Positions 9,445-19,792 are shown, counted from the first letter of the stretch. The stretch: 64,000 bases of DNA from Promethearchaeota archaeon Loki_b32 (GCA_005223125.1 NJBH01000012.1:32001-96000), one strand, 5' to 3'. Numbers and translations are program-made. Notes: generated by a model not told the origin, from the letters alone.

Positions 9445-10293
9445 CTAGATTTTTCTTCCTTTTAAAAAATCTATCATCATTTGGTTAATTTCTGGAGCTT
9501 TTTCTTGAGGAGAAGCATGCCCTACTCCTTCAAGTACAATAAATTTGCTATTTGAAATACCTTCATGAATTTTCAGATTTACTAATTTTGGCATTTGTCG
9601 ATCTTTTTCTGCACAGATAATTAGCGTTTCAGAATTTATTAAATGTAGCCTCTCTAAGACATTATGTGTACCGAGTGCATGAGTTTGATTTCTAATATCT
9701 TGTGGAGTTGCTGGATTAGTTGTACTTTTTTTAATTAAATCTTCTGCTGAAAATAATCCGTGGAACTTCTTCTTAGGGTCTTCCTTCATTAATTTTAAAA
9801 AATTACGTGAAAATCCCATTTTTGCGGCATCAAAGAAAGTTTTAACCGGATCTTTTAATCTTGCTTCATATCTAGCAATTTGTCCATTTTTATAGAGTTC
9901 TAATCCAGATTTTTCTTCAGGCCAAGCAGCTGTAGTGTTTATTAAAATTAATTTATTAACCCTTTCAGGATATTTAATCGCAAAATGTTGAGCAATCATG
10001 CCACCCACAGACCATCCTATGATGTGCGCTTTCTCAATTTTTAAAAAGTCCATCAATCCTCTAGTATCATCAGCAAATAGTTCCATAGTGTATGGTGTAT
10101 TAGGTCTATCAGATTTTCCTGATCCTCGATTATCGAATCTTACTACTCTGAAATATTGAGATAATGGTTCAAATTGACAAATCCATTCCTCTTTAGTAAC
10201 CCCAAATCCATGGATTAAGGCAACTGGATCGCCCTCTCCTTGAACTTCATAACAAATTTTTATTCCATTAACGTCGGCAAAGAATTCAGTCAT
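9445..10293 (-). CDS. Alpha/beta hydrolase
   Basis: LIHGFG, DNRGSGKSD, GWSVGG nucleophile, C-terminal GH. Confidence 0.9.
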   Translation of the reverse strand: MTEFFADVNGIKICYEVQGEGDPVALIHGFGVTKEEWICQFEPLSQYFRVVRFDNRGSGKSDRPNTPYTMELFADDTRGLMDFLKIEKAHIIGWSVGGMIAQHFAIKYPERVNKLILINTTAAWPEEKSGLELYKNGQIARYEARLKDPVKTFFDAAKMGFSRNFLKLMKEDPKKKFHGLFSAEDLIKKSTTNPATPQDIRNQTHALGTHNVLERLHLINSETLIICAEKDRQMPKLVNLKIHEGISNSKFIVLEGVGHASPQEKAPEINQMMIDFLKGRKI

Positions 10294-10399
10294 AACTATT
10301 AAAAATATGGAATGAAAATAAGTATTATCATAAATTAATTTTAAGAATTATAATGTCTTTAATTAAATACTTGAAATAAATAGAACATAGGGAAAGCTT

Positions 10400-11164
10400 A
10401 TGATAGAAAATAAAGTATTAATTCAAAGTACTACCAGAAGTGATCTTCATGGGATTCTATATATGCACAGTATAGATGCAAAAAAAACCTCAATTCTAAT
10501 AATGTGTCATGGTTTTCTGGGGGATAAATATGAATGGGGGCATTTTCCAGAATTAGCTAAAGCTTGTAATAAAGAGGGAATCGATGGACTTATTTTTGAT
10601 TTTACGGGTTCTGGAGAAAATGAAAGAGTACCTATAACATTATCCAAACAAATTGAGGATTTAGAATCAGTATATAAATGGGGGCAAAATGAAGGCTATG
10701 GCAATATTGCTGTATTGGGATTATCATTGGGAGGTCTTACAGTACTAGGAGCTAATCTACCAGGGATTAAAACATATATTTTTTGGGCACCAGTTTTATT
10801 TCTTCATACTACTGATGATCAAGCCGACTGGTTCAAGGATTTAAACAAAGGTCCAGTAGAAATTCCATCAACTATAGAGGGAAGACCTGTGATCATCGAT
10901 ATGAGTTATATGACAGATTTTGCAAAATTTCGAGTAAAAAATCATTTAAAGAAGTTGGATTACCCCGTATTAATTATACAAGGAACTTCCGATGAAACAG
11001 TACCATATGAATTAACAAGAAAAGCTTTTAATTTCATACCAAATAAGGATAAAAACAAGCTTTTAGAAATTGAAAATGCGACTCACGACATCGAAGGGGA
11101 ACATCTAAAAGAATTTATAAAGCATACAATCAATTGGTTGAAATTCTATTTAGGCGGAAATTGA
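10400..11164 (+). CDS. Alpha/beta hydrolase
   Basis: MCHGF, DFTGSGE, GLSLGG, QGTSDETV, ATH. Confidence 0.88.
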   Translation: MIENKVLIQSTTRSDLHGILYMHSIDAKKTSILIMCHGFLGDKYEWGHFPELAKACNKEGIDGLIFDFTGSGENERVPITLSKQIEDLESVYKWGQNEGYGNIAVLGLSLGGLTVLGANLPGIKTYIFWAPVLFLHTTDDQADWFKDLNKGPVEIPSTIEGRPVIIDMSYMTDFAKFRVKNHLKKLDYPVLIIQGTSDETVPYELTRKAFNFIPNKDKNKLLEIENATHDIEGEHLKEFIKHTINWLKFYLGGN

Positions 11165-12001
11165 TTTCTCTAAAAAATCTATAATTGCTTCATTAACATT
11201 GGGAGCATTTTCTAAAGGAAACCAGTGGCTTCCACTAAACATCTTCAATTTACTATTCTGTATTATCTCTTTCATTTGATTGGCTATCGATTTTGGCGTA
11301 AATCTATCTTTTTCCCCACACATTATTAAGGTTTCATTTTTAATTTCCTTTAATCGATCCAAAGTATCATGTTGTCCCATAGCATTAGCCATATTTATAA
11401 TATCTGTAGTTTTCATAGGATCAACTTTTCCCCTTTCTATAAGTTCTTCAGTAGATATGATTCCATGAAGTTTATTTTTAGGATCTTCTCTCATTGAATT
11501 CAAGAATTTACGTGTAAGCCTAAGCTTCATTTTGCTATAGAATGTTTCTATAGGATTTTTTAACATTGCTTCATATAATTCAATCTGATTCTTTTTCCAA
11601 AGCTCTAATCCACTGAGATCTCTAGACCAACTTGGTAAAGTTGCCATTAGAATTAATTTATCTACATAATCGGGGTATTTTAAACAGAAATTCATTGAAA
11701 TCATTCCACCAAAAGAATGACCTACTAAATATGCTTTTTTAATATTTAAAACATCCATTAATCCTCTGAGGTCTTCTACATACATTTCCATAGTATAGAG
11801 GTGATTAGGGCGATCGGATTTTCCAACCCCTCTTAGGTCGAAATAGATAATTTGATATCTCTTTGCTAATTCTTGAATTTGACCAATCCAAAATTCTTTA
11901 CTAGTGCCAAATCCATGAACTAAAAATACTGGTTTTCCTTTCCCATGCAATTTATAGCAGATTTTTAATCCATTAACATTTGTAAATAAATTTTCACTCA
12001 T
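11150..12001 (-). CDS. Alpha/beta hydrolase (paralog of 9445..10293)
   Basis: LVHGFG, DLRGVGKSDRP, GHSFGG, GSH. Confidence 0.9.
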   Translation of the reverse strand: MSENLFTNVNGLKICYKLHGKGKPVFLVHGFGTSKEFWIGQIQELAKRYQIIYFDLRGVGKSDRPNHLYTMEMYVEDLRGLMDVLNIKKAYLVGHSFGGMISMNFCLKYPDYVDKLILMATLPSWSRDLSGLELWKKNQIELYEAMLKNPIETFYSKMKLRLTRKFLNSMREDPKNKLHGIISTEELIERGKVDPMKTTDIINMANAMGQHDTLDRLKEIKNETLIMCGEKDRFTPKSIANQMKEIIQNSKLKMFSGSHWFPLENAPNVNEAIIDFLEKSISA

Positions 12002-12076
12002 ATTAGTAATTCAATACTTGAAGAATTTTAAAACTACATCTTAATTGAATTTGTGAAAAAAATTCATGAAAAAAAA

Positions 12077-13120
12077 TTAAATGATACAAATTGGAAATCC
12101 ACAAAACTTACAATTTCCGTCAGAATCTAAATAAGACTCTTTAATACCTAAAATTTTTCTTTTTATGACTAATTTAGAGCATTTGGGGCAATAGGTATTA
12201 TCATAATCTGTAGTAGGTAAATTCCCAAGATATACATATTTCAATCCAACGTCCTTTGCGATATCATAAGCATTATATAGAAGTTCTAAGGGTGTTGGGT
12301 CAGAAAGTCCGTAATTTTGTGATTTATAATGAGGAAAGAATCGACTTATATGATATGGTGTAAATTCACCTAATTCATTAAAAATCCGTTTAGAGCGTTT
12401 CCTAATGATTTCATCCTCAGAATTAAATCCTTGGATTAATAATGTTGTAATCTCTACATGAACACCTAATATTTTTGCTAACTTCGCATTTCTCCATACT
12501 TTTTCTACATCAATGCCACAATATTTCTCAACCATATCAGAATCTCCTTTTATATCTATATTCATTGCATCGAGACCAGCATCTACTAAGTCTTTTAAAA
12601 CTTCTTCTGTCATATAGCCATTTGTAACATATGTATTGTATAAGCCATTCTCTTTTGCTAGTTTAAAAACTTCTAATGAATATTCAAACAATAATGTAGG
12701 TTCATTAAAAGAAATTGAGGTTCCATCACACTTTCTGTTTAGAGCAATCTCAATAAGTTTCTTAGGAGAAAGAAATTCGTCAGAGGTCGCAAACTGGCTA
12801 GCTCTAAAAGCATTTGTTTTTGAAAGATGGTGATTTTGACACCAAAAACATGCAAAATTACAGCCATAAGTCCCTGCTGTTATTGCAGTACTTCCAGGAT
12901 GAAAATGATATAGTGGTTTCTTCTCTATAGGGTTAAATGATAAAGCAGGTATCAATCCATAAACAACAGAATATATTTCTCCCTCTTTATTAGTTCGTGA
13001 TTGGCAAAATCCAGACTTTCTATTTGAAATTTTGCATTTCCTCTCACAAATGAGACATTGTGAGAAATTCTCATCAATTTTTCGCTGATGTTTAGCTCTT
13101 ATTGTGAAGTCTGAATTCAT
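12077..13120 (-). CDS. amrS: AmmeMemoRadiSam system radical SAM enzyme
   Basis: PIEKKPLYHFHPG, GCNFACFWCQN (CxxxCxxC), FNEP, SRFFPHY, YLGN, TYCPKC. Confidence 0.88.
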   Translation of the reverse strand: MNSDFTIRAKHQRKIDENFSQCLICERKCKISNRKSGFCQSRTNKEGEIYSVVYGLIPALSFNPIEKKPLYHFHPGSTAITAGTYGCNFACFWCQNHHLSKTNAFRASQFATSDEFLSPKKLIEIALNRKCDGTSISFNEPTLLFEYSLEVFKLAKENGLYNTYVTNGYMTEEVLKDLVDAGLDAMNIDIKGDSDMVEKYCGIDVEKVWRNAKLAKILGVHVEITTLLIQGFNSEDEIIRKRSKRIFNELGEFTPYHISRFFPHYKSQNYGLSDPTPLELLYNAYDIAKDVGLKYVYLGNLPTTDYDNTYCPKCSKLVIKRKILGIKESYLDSDGNCKFCGFPICII

Positions 13121-13186
13121 ATGGACTCATTATTAATTTTGGCAATATCTTTTATGATTTTATTATTTTGAATTATCTACTCTTTA

Positions 13187-14548
13187 TTAACGTGTTTTCA
13201 TAAGAGGTATAATTAATCGAAAAAACCAAGAGTAAAACTTTCTAATAAATGAAATATTAAATAAAATCCTCATAAATTTTAAGAGAATTTGTCTTTTAGG
13301 TTTGAAAGTACTGAAATTCTTATCATATTTTAGATCTTTAATAAAGAAATTTTTCTTAAAAATAGAAAGCAATAGAGAATAAGATATGATTGCTATAATA
13401 TCCCAAGCACGTTTTATGTGATCTTTTGGGTAATTAAGTTTTTCTCCCATTGATAGTCTTACAACTTCAATAATATGGAAGATATCAATTTTACTTCCTA
13501 AAAGTTCCCGAGTAGCCCATAAAAAATAAATACATCCACTACAATACGAAATTAATGCTTGAGCACCGGTTTCTTCAGCTTCTCTAAACTTTTTCACTCC
13601 TTCTGAGATAATATCAAAAGGTAAAGCTATATTTTTAACCCAAGACGCTCCAGCGCCAAATCCACAGCATAAGGCGTCTTTTTTAATATGCCGCATTTCA
13701 ATAATATTGCATCCACATTTGTTTAATATCTTTCTTGGTTTGTCCCAATATTTTCCGCCTAAAACTTTAGAAAAACAATTATCATGTATAGTTACATTCA
13801 TATTAAGCTGATTAGGTAGATTTATTTCACCTGAATCGATATTTTCAATTAGCCAATCATGGAAATTTATAAGATCGCGGTTATGTTCGACTCCCATTTC
13901 TTTGGGATGAACATTGTTGAACATATATTCAACAGTATCTAATAAAGCAACAATCCTTTTTACATTCCAACCATCAAAATCTTTTTTTGTTTGATTAGCA
14001 ATTTCTTTTACAACGTCTAAATAGCCTCCTTGATATAAATAAGCTCCTCCTTCCCAGTGATCAATCAAATCTATGGGCTTAAAATATTCCAATAATTTAC
14101 TTCCTCCTATAATAAATGGAAATAAATGAGTATAACTCCCAATCAACAAAACTGTATCTTCCTGTTTAGGGACATTATACATCCATTTATGGATCCATTT
14201 TTTTTCTGTATTGGAAAGAAATAAATTGAGGAGTTGCCAGAGATTTGGTTCTTCAGTAGGGCACACAAACCTATAAAGAGGTGGTGCTCCTCTTTTTTTA
14301 TATATTTTATTCCATCTTTCAAGAATTAATTGGTAGGGATTAGCTTGATTTGGACAATATAAATTACATGAAAAACATGTATTACATTTATTTAGCACGT
14401 ACTTACTTTCTTTCCCTTTAATTAAATTTATGATTTCCTGTTTTGCTTTTTCTAAAGGTAAATGTAGAACAGGGCATAAATGAAAACATAATCCACATGA
14501 ATCGCATAAATCTTCTTTAAAAAAACGATATTTAGTATTTTGAAACAA
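13187..14548 (-). CDS. (Fe-S)-binding oxidoreductase, HdrD/GlpC CCG family
   Basis: Two CxxCxxCxxxCP motifs at the N-terminus, HDNC, CCGFGAG, SYCSGC; first CCG repeat degenerate. Confidence 0.8.
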   Translation of the reverse strand: MFQNTKYRFFKEDLCDSCGLCFHLCPVLHLPLEKAKQEIINLIKGKESKYVLNKCNTCFSCNLYCPNQANPYQLILERWNKIYKKRGAPPLYRFVCPTEEPNLWQLLNLFLSNTEKKWIHKWMYNVPKQEDTVLLIGSYTHLFPFIIGGSKLLEYFKPIDLIDHWEGGAYLYQGGYLDVVKEIANQTKKDFDGWNVKRIVALLDTVEYMFNNVHPKEMGVEHNRDLINFHDWLIENIDSGEINLPNQLNMNVTIHDNCFSKVLGGKYWDKPRKILNKCGCNIIEMRHIKKDALCCGFGAGASWVKNIALPFDIISEGVKKFREAEETGAQALISYCSGCIYFLWATRELLGSKIDIFHIIEVVRLSMGEKLNYPKDHIKRAWDIIAIISYSLLLSIFKKNFFIKDLKYDKNFSTFKPKRQILLKFMRILFNISFIRKFYSWFFRLIIPLMKTR

Positions 14549-14739
14549 AATTGTTTACCCTAGAGTTTAGTCAATCTTTATTCAGTTTTTAGTTTAATTT
14601 GTAAATTATACTACTATTTTGCTTTTTATATTCTTAAATATTATTATATTTTGAAAATTGATTGGTGATTAAATTTAAATAATTTTATCACCTTCTTTTT
14701 AACAGTTTAAAATAATAACTTAAAAATTTGCGAAATTAA

Positions 14740-15066
14740 ATGCAAGACACAGTTGGAATAATAAAAATACTAAAAGAATTTAAAGTTAGACTTCAAAATT
14801 TATATGGAGATAAATTTTCGAGCCTAATATTATATGGTTCTTATGCAAGAGGAGAATTTATTGAAGATTCAGATATAGATTTGGCAATAATTCTAAAAGG
14901 AGAGATATCTCCCTTCAAAGAAATCGATAGAATGAGTGAAATCACGTATGATCTCGTTTTAAAATATGATATTTTAATATCAATTCACCCCGTATCAGAG
15001 GAACGCTATTTATTGATGAAAACTCCATTTTTAATGAATATAAGAGAAGAAGGTATTCAAATATGA
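14740..15066 (+). CDS. Minimal nucleotidyltransferase (MNT) antitoxin
   Basis: LYGSYARG...DSDIDL (GSx10DxD); ends IREEGIQI. Confidence 0.9.
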   Translation: MQDTVGIIKILKEFKVRLQNLYGDKFSSLILYGSYARGEFIEDSDIDLAIILKGEISPFKEIDRMSEITYDLVLKYDILISIHPVSEERYLLMKTPFLMNIREEGIQI

Positions 15067-15455
15067 GTGAAATTAATATTAAACCATTAATTGAAAAAGC
15101 AAAGAAATTTATGAAAAGTGCTAAACTATTGCTCGATGTTGATGATTTTGATAGTTCGGCTTCAAGGATTTATTATGCAATGCATTACATGGTTGAAGCA
15201 TTGTTATTAACTAAAAATCTGAGAATAAAAAGCCACAGAGGATTGATTTCTATCTTCGGAAGGGAGTTTATTAAAACCAAAATTTTGCCTAAAGAAGTAG
15301 GTAGACAACTTAAAGATGCATTTGATAAAAGGCAAATTGGCGATTATGAAATATCTGTGAAGATTAATAAAAAAGATATTGAAGAACTACTAAAAATTGG
15401 ACAAAGATTCATTGAAAAACTAATGGATTATTTAGTAGAAAATAATTTCCTTTAA
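15063..15455 (+). CDS. HEPN domain protein
   Basis: SRIYYAM, KSHRGL, RQIGDY; ATGA overlap with MNT. Confidence 0.88.
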   Translation: MSEINIKPLIEKAKKFMKSAKLLLDVDDFDSSASRIYYAMHYMVEALLLTKNLRIKSHRGLISIFGREFIKTKILPKEVGRQLKDAFDKRQIGDYEISVKINKKDIEELLKIGQRFIEKLMDYLVENNFL

Positions 15456-15551
15456 ACATCATATCACCGCATTTTATTATTTCAGTATCTATAATCTAAT
15501 TCTTTTAAGAGTGAAAAATATTGGGAATTTTCCTTTTAGTTATCTGGAAAA

Positions 15552-16367
15552 TTAAGGGGCAATAATTAGAATTATAATATAAACAAGCATTAAATTACCC
15601 AAGATAATTCCAATGTCTTTTAAAGATGTCTTTCCATATAAATTAGTCCTAGGTTTTCTGTAGATATACATAATTCCCAATGGAAAAAAAACTATCGGTA
15701 TAAATATCCAATACGGCGTAATAATAAAGGAAAGTATTGCTATAAGTAATGAAACTATACACGCAATCCAAATTACTAATTGAGATGTTTTAGGTTTTAA
15801 TTTTGCTAGAGAATCTCCATCAATCATTTCATGAACCATTTGCCCTGTAAATGCTACTGCTATTATAGTTGCTAATATTAATGACTCATACAACTCCATA
15901 TAGGGAAAGATATTCATGAAATTATCCCTCGCTTTTATTTTAACCATAAAATATGGTAGAATTATATGAGAGACTCCTAAAATAATATGATTAATAATGA
16001 CAAGCTTTTTGAACATACAATAGAAAACAACCATAAATACAATTATTGCTAGGTAGAATCCTAGAATCGGATTCACTAATATATCATTCATGAAACACAT
16101 AGTTCCTAGCATAAAACTTGCGATGGCAAGAACGGCAATTTCCTTTCTGCCATATCCTTTCACTCTTTCCAGAGTTTCTTTTTCATTCGGATCTTTCATG
16201 TCAATGACATCATTGAGAGTGTTTCCCGTTATTGCATAAAAAGCAAAACCCGCTAATATCCAAATGTGAGATACTATATCATATCCGTTCAAATATATAC
16301 ATAATAAGCAAGGGATTATTACAGAAAAAATATATTCAACCCGAAGAAGTTTAAATCCCTTACTCAT
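15552..16367 (-). CDS. UbiA-family prenyltransferase
   Basis: NTLNDVIDMKD aspartate-rich motif, HEMIDGD second motif, about 8-9 TM segments. Confidence 0.7.
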   Translation of the reverse strand: MSKGFKLLRVEYIFSVIIPCLLCIYLNGYDIVSHIWILAGFAFYAITGNTLNDVIDMKDPNEKETLERVKGYGRKEIAVLAIASFMLGTMCFMNDILVNPILGFYLAIIVFMVVFYCMFKKLVIINHIILGVSHIILPYFMVKIKARDNFMNIFPYMELYESLILATIIAVAFTGQMVHEMIDGDSLAKLKPKTSQLVIWIACIVSLLIAILSFIITPYWIFIPIVFFPLGIMYIYRKPRTNLYGKTSLKDIGIILGNLMLVYIIILIIAP

Positions 16368-16527
16368 GAAAATATTACCTTAAAATATTGTATTCAAAGA
16401 TATTTTTAATTATCCTTAAAATGATTTAAAATTTTAGAGAGAAAACCATAATATTATTTTGATTTATTGAATCATAAAGTAATGAAAGTTTATGGTTATT
16501 TTTTAAAGTTTAAATTCATATAATATC

Positions 16528-16935
16528 ATGCGAAAAATTATGTTTGATTATGACGAATACAATAGATGGATGAATGAAGCAGAAAATACATTCAAGTCTG
16601 CAATTGTGGATAAGGAAAATGGATTTTATAATTGGTGTTGTTTTAAGTGCCATCAAGCTTCTGAATTCGCATTAAAAGGATTACTATATGGTTTAGGATT
16701 AACTCCTTTTGGCCATTCATTGACTAAAATGACCAATGATTTAAAAGACCAAAAAATAGATATTGCATTAATATTAACTTCTTGTAAAAAACTTGATTTA
16801 CATTACATTCCTTCACGATATCCCAATGCACATCCTACAGGGTCTCCATTTGAATATCATGATAAAAATATTGCTGAAGAAGCCATAACAAATGCTAAAA
16901 AAATAATGGATCTCGTTAAAGGTATTAAAAAATGA
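16528..16935 (+). CDS. HEPN domain protein (second subfamily)
   Basis: WCCFKCHQASEFALKG, GHSL, HYIPSRYPNA. Confidence 0.88.
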   Translation: MRKIMFDYDEYNRWMNEAENTFKSAIVDKENGFYNWCCFKCHQASEFALKGLLYGLGLTPFGHSLTKMTNDLKDQKIDIALILTSCKKLDLHYIPSRYPNAHPTGSPFEYHDKNIAEEAITNAKKIMDLVKGIKK

Positions 16936-17357
16936 AGAAAAACTTAAAATCCATTAATAAGGGTATTAAAAAATTTTGTCAGAATATTATTAAAGTAATG
17001 CAACCGAACTGTATAATACTCTATGGATCCTTAGCTAGGGGGGATTTTAACGAGCGAAGTGATGTTGATGTAATAGTAATATCATCAAAACTTCCTAAAA
17101 ATTATTATAAAAGAGCAGAATTGCTTTTTAATATGGTTGAGACATTAGATCCTATCGAACCTCTTGGTTTTACTCCTGATGAATTTATTAACATGATAAA
17201 AAATAGACATTGTACAAGTTTATTTGCGATGAAAGAAGGTAAAGCTTTGTATGGTAAGAAATATTTCTTATTTTTAAAGGGAATTCATGAAAAAATTATA
17301 AATCAATATAAAATAATCAAGGGACATTCATCTTGGATTCCTGAATCAATAAAATAA
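16932..17357 (+). CDS. Minimal nucleotidyltransferase (MNT)
   Basis: LYGSLARGDFNERSDVDVIV; ATGA overlap with HEPN. Confidence 0.88.
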   Translation: MKKNLKSINKGIKKFCQNIIKVMQPNCIILYGSLARGDFNERSDVDVIVISSKLPKNYYKRAELLFNMVETLDPIEPLGFTPDEFINMIKNRHCTSLFAMKEGKALYGKKYFLFLKGIHEKIINQYKIIKGHSSWIPESIK

Positions 17358-17489
17358 TAAATATTTGGTTTCCTGCAATACTGAATATAGAGACATTATC
17401 TTGTACTTTGGATAAATTGCACTTCTTTCTTTTTTTTTTCTCAACAATAAGATGTAAAATAACTACATTATGGTTTCTTTAGCAATTTT

Positions 17490-18596
17490 TCACTTTCTAA
17501 TTACCCAAATACTATTACCACCCTCTTTTATAAATTCTGCTCTCGTAAAGGGTGTTGAGTCAATGAATTCTTTAAAACTTTTTTCATTATAAAAATTTGC
17601 AAAACGCGCTTCAAGAAATTTGTGTAATACATCGAAAAGCAATAATTTTTGTCTTGGTGCAAAAGTGTCTGGAATCATACTCTCTCCAACGAGCAAAATT
17701 CCATCGTCTTTTAATAAAGAATATAGGCTATTAAAGATGCTTGATCGGTAATTTACATCATGATCCATCTCATGAAGGACTTGATTTAGTGTTATCAAAT
17801 CAAATTTTTTTATGCTAATTTTTGCATATTCATTAATCGGGATTTCATGAATTTCAATCCTATCATCCCAGTTATTTTCCTTTACCATTTTTTTCGCAAA
17901 ATCTATAGCAATAGGATCGATATCAATCCCAACAAATTGTACTTTTTCATATTTCTTTGCCCATACTTGAAGGTTGTATCCATATCCACAGCCTGCCTCT
18001 AGTACTGTACCTCCATTTTGTAGTTTTTCACAAAATTCTTTATAATTTGTTGAGAATAATCTCTCTATTAATGTACCAAATCTTGCACTCATCCGATTTA
18101 TATCATGAATCACCTCATCAGTAAATTCAAAATTGGGTACAACTCCATCTTGTTTAAAAGCATCAAGAATTAATTCTTGGTATGGTGCGAGATAATAAAA
18201 AGCCCCTAACGGATCCCCAATATAAGCCGGTTGATTACGATTGATTAATAACTCATATACATATGGTGCAGTTCTTAAACATCTTTCACAAGAATCATCG
18301 ATTTCCAATAAACCACACTCAAGAGCAGTGTGTGCCCACGCATCTACATAATTTCGTTCTAGGTTTAATTTTTCAGAAACTTCATTAATTGTAAAAGTAA
18401 CTGAAGATATCTTTTCAGTATTAGACTTACTTTTAGCTTTTTCTTGAAGATAATCTAAAATTCCTACTCTTCTTCCTAAACCAAATATAAGAACAGTTAG
18501 AAAGCCATAAAGGCTTTTTATCAGAAATTTTTTCATCTGATCTTTCATTGTAATTTCATCATTATTATTTTTTTTTTCTGAAATTGCTTTCACCAA
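17490..18596 (-). CDS. Class I SAM-dependent methyltransferase with N-terminal winged-helix-like region
   Basis: VLEAGCGYG, VGIDID, NQVLHE, LLKDDG. Confidence 0.85.
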   Translation of the reverse strand: MVKAISEKKNNNDEITMKDQMKKFLIKSLYGFLTVLIFGLGRRVGILDYLQEKAKSKSNTEKISSVTFTINEVSEKLNLERNYVDAWAHTALECGLLEIDDSCERCLRTAPYVYELLINRNQPAYIGDPLGAFYYLAPYQELILDAFKQDGVVPNFEFTDEVIHDINRMSARFGTLIERLFSTNYKEFCEKLQNGGTVLEAGCGYGYNLQVWAKKYEKVQFVGIDIDPIAIDFAKKMVKENNWDDRIEIHEIPINEYAKISIKKFDLITLNQVLHEMDHDVNYRSSIFNSLYSLLKDDGILLVGESMIPDTFAPRQKLLLFDVLHKFLEARFANFYNEKSFKEFIDSTPFTRAEFIKEGGNSIWVIRK

Positions 18597-18660
18597 TATA
18601 TTCTCTTTTTGGATAAAATAACAGATATGAATAATAAGAGATTTGAAAAAGTTATGGTAT

Positions 18661-18891
18661 TTAACTTTCTCTAAGAGTTATAACCTCATCCGGTAAAAAT
18701 GAATTCAAGATATCACTTATTATCCTATTATCTTCTATTGGAATGCCTCTAATCACAAATTCAGATTTCTTAAGAGGATCCACTTTCCAATCGAATTCAG
18801 TTAGAAGATAACGTTTGATATCGATAAATTTATCTTCTGGTTCTATCATAAAATCATCCATTAGTTTCTCGAGGTCTTTGACTTTTACCAT
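18661..18891 (-). CDS. Ubiquitin-like (beta-grasp) 76-aa protein lacking C-terminal GG
   Basis: Manual alignment to ubiquitin: VKxL...EPxDxxxxxK and GxxxEDxRxxSD blocks align without gaps; GGAG RBS upstream. Confidence 0.65.
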   Translation of the reverse strand: MVKVKDLEKLMDDFMIEPEDKFIDIKRYLLTEFDWKVDPLKKSEFVIRGIPIEDNRIISDILNSFLPDEVITLRES

Positions 18892-18997
18892 TTTCTTTCT
18901 CCAAATTTATTTTTTAATTTGAATGAGATAAGAATTTTTAATGTGTATTCAATAAAAATTTAAGTTTCAAAATTTATAAAGTTTTAAAAATCATTAC

Positions 18998-19792
18998 CTA
19001 AAAATACATTCTAATTGCTAAGCCCATCAACACAGCTGCGACTAAAAATTGTAAATAACTTCTAGGAATTTTTCCAGAAATTTTTGCCCCAAAAATGGAG
19101 CCTGAAATCGCCCCTACTCCAATTAAAATTCCAAATAAATAGTTTATTTGACCTATAATACTTTTAGCTATAGTATTATATATTGCTGTGAAGAATATTA
19201 TCCCTGTAGATATTGCTGTGGCATTATGAATGGGATATAAAAGAATAATATGAAGAGAAGGAGTATTGATAATACCCCCTCCAATTCCTAATAAATTAGC
19301 GGTAAACCCTGCCAAAAAAAATAAGGGTATTGACTTTCTGAGATTAGTTTGATAGTCATGATTATGCAGCATAAAATTATTTTCAAATTCTTCTTGAGAT
19401 AGATTAATCCTTCTAGATTTAAGTGCTTTATATGCCATGTTTGTTCCAGCTATTAGTAATGTTGTAGCAAATATCATTTTTAAAATATTTTCATCTAAAT
19501 CAACGAAAGTGAATAATACCGTACTCACAAAGCTTCCTAAAATCGAAAATGAAGAAAAAATAGCAACTTGTTTAATATGCAGTCTTTCTTCTTTGAAATA
19601 AATTAAAAATCCTGCCCCAGAAGAAATTAATATTATGAAAACAGAAGTATCTACAGCGACGTTTATTGGAATAAAAAAAAGAAGAACTAATGTGCTTACA
19701 AAAAAAACTCCACCCCCTATACCAACAATAGAGCTTATGGTTCCGAAAAGAAATCCTGCTATTAATAGGATAATAACTACGACAGTATCCAT
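18998..19792 (-). CDS. Sulfite exporter TauE/SafE (TSUP) family protein
   Basis: Repeated GIGGG motifs, A-x-x-TS/ST helices, about 8 TM segments. Confidence 0.88.
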   Translation of the reverse strand: MDTVVVIILLIAGFLFGTISSIVGIGGGVFFVSTLVLLFFIPINVAVDTSVFIILISSGAGFLIYFKEERLHIKQVAIFSSFSILGSFVSTVLFTFVDLDENILKMIFATTLLIAGTNMAYKALKSRRINLSQEEFENNFMLHNHDYQTNLRKSIPLFFLAGFTANLLGIGGGIINTPSLHIILLYPIHNATAISTGIIFFTAIYNTIAKSIIGQINYLFGILIGVGAISGSIFGAKISGKIPRSYLQFLVAAVLMGLAIRMYF

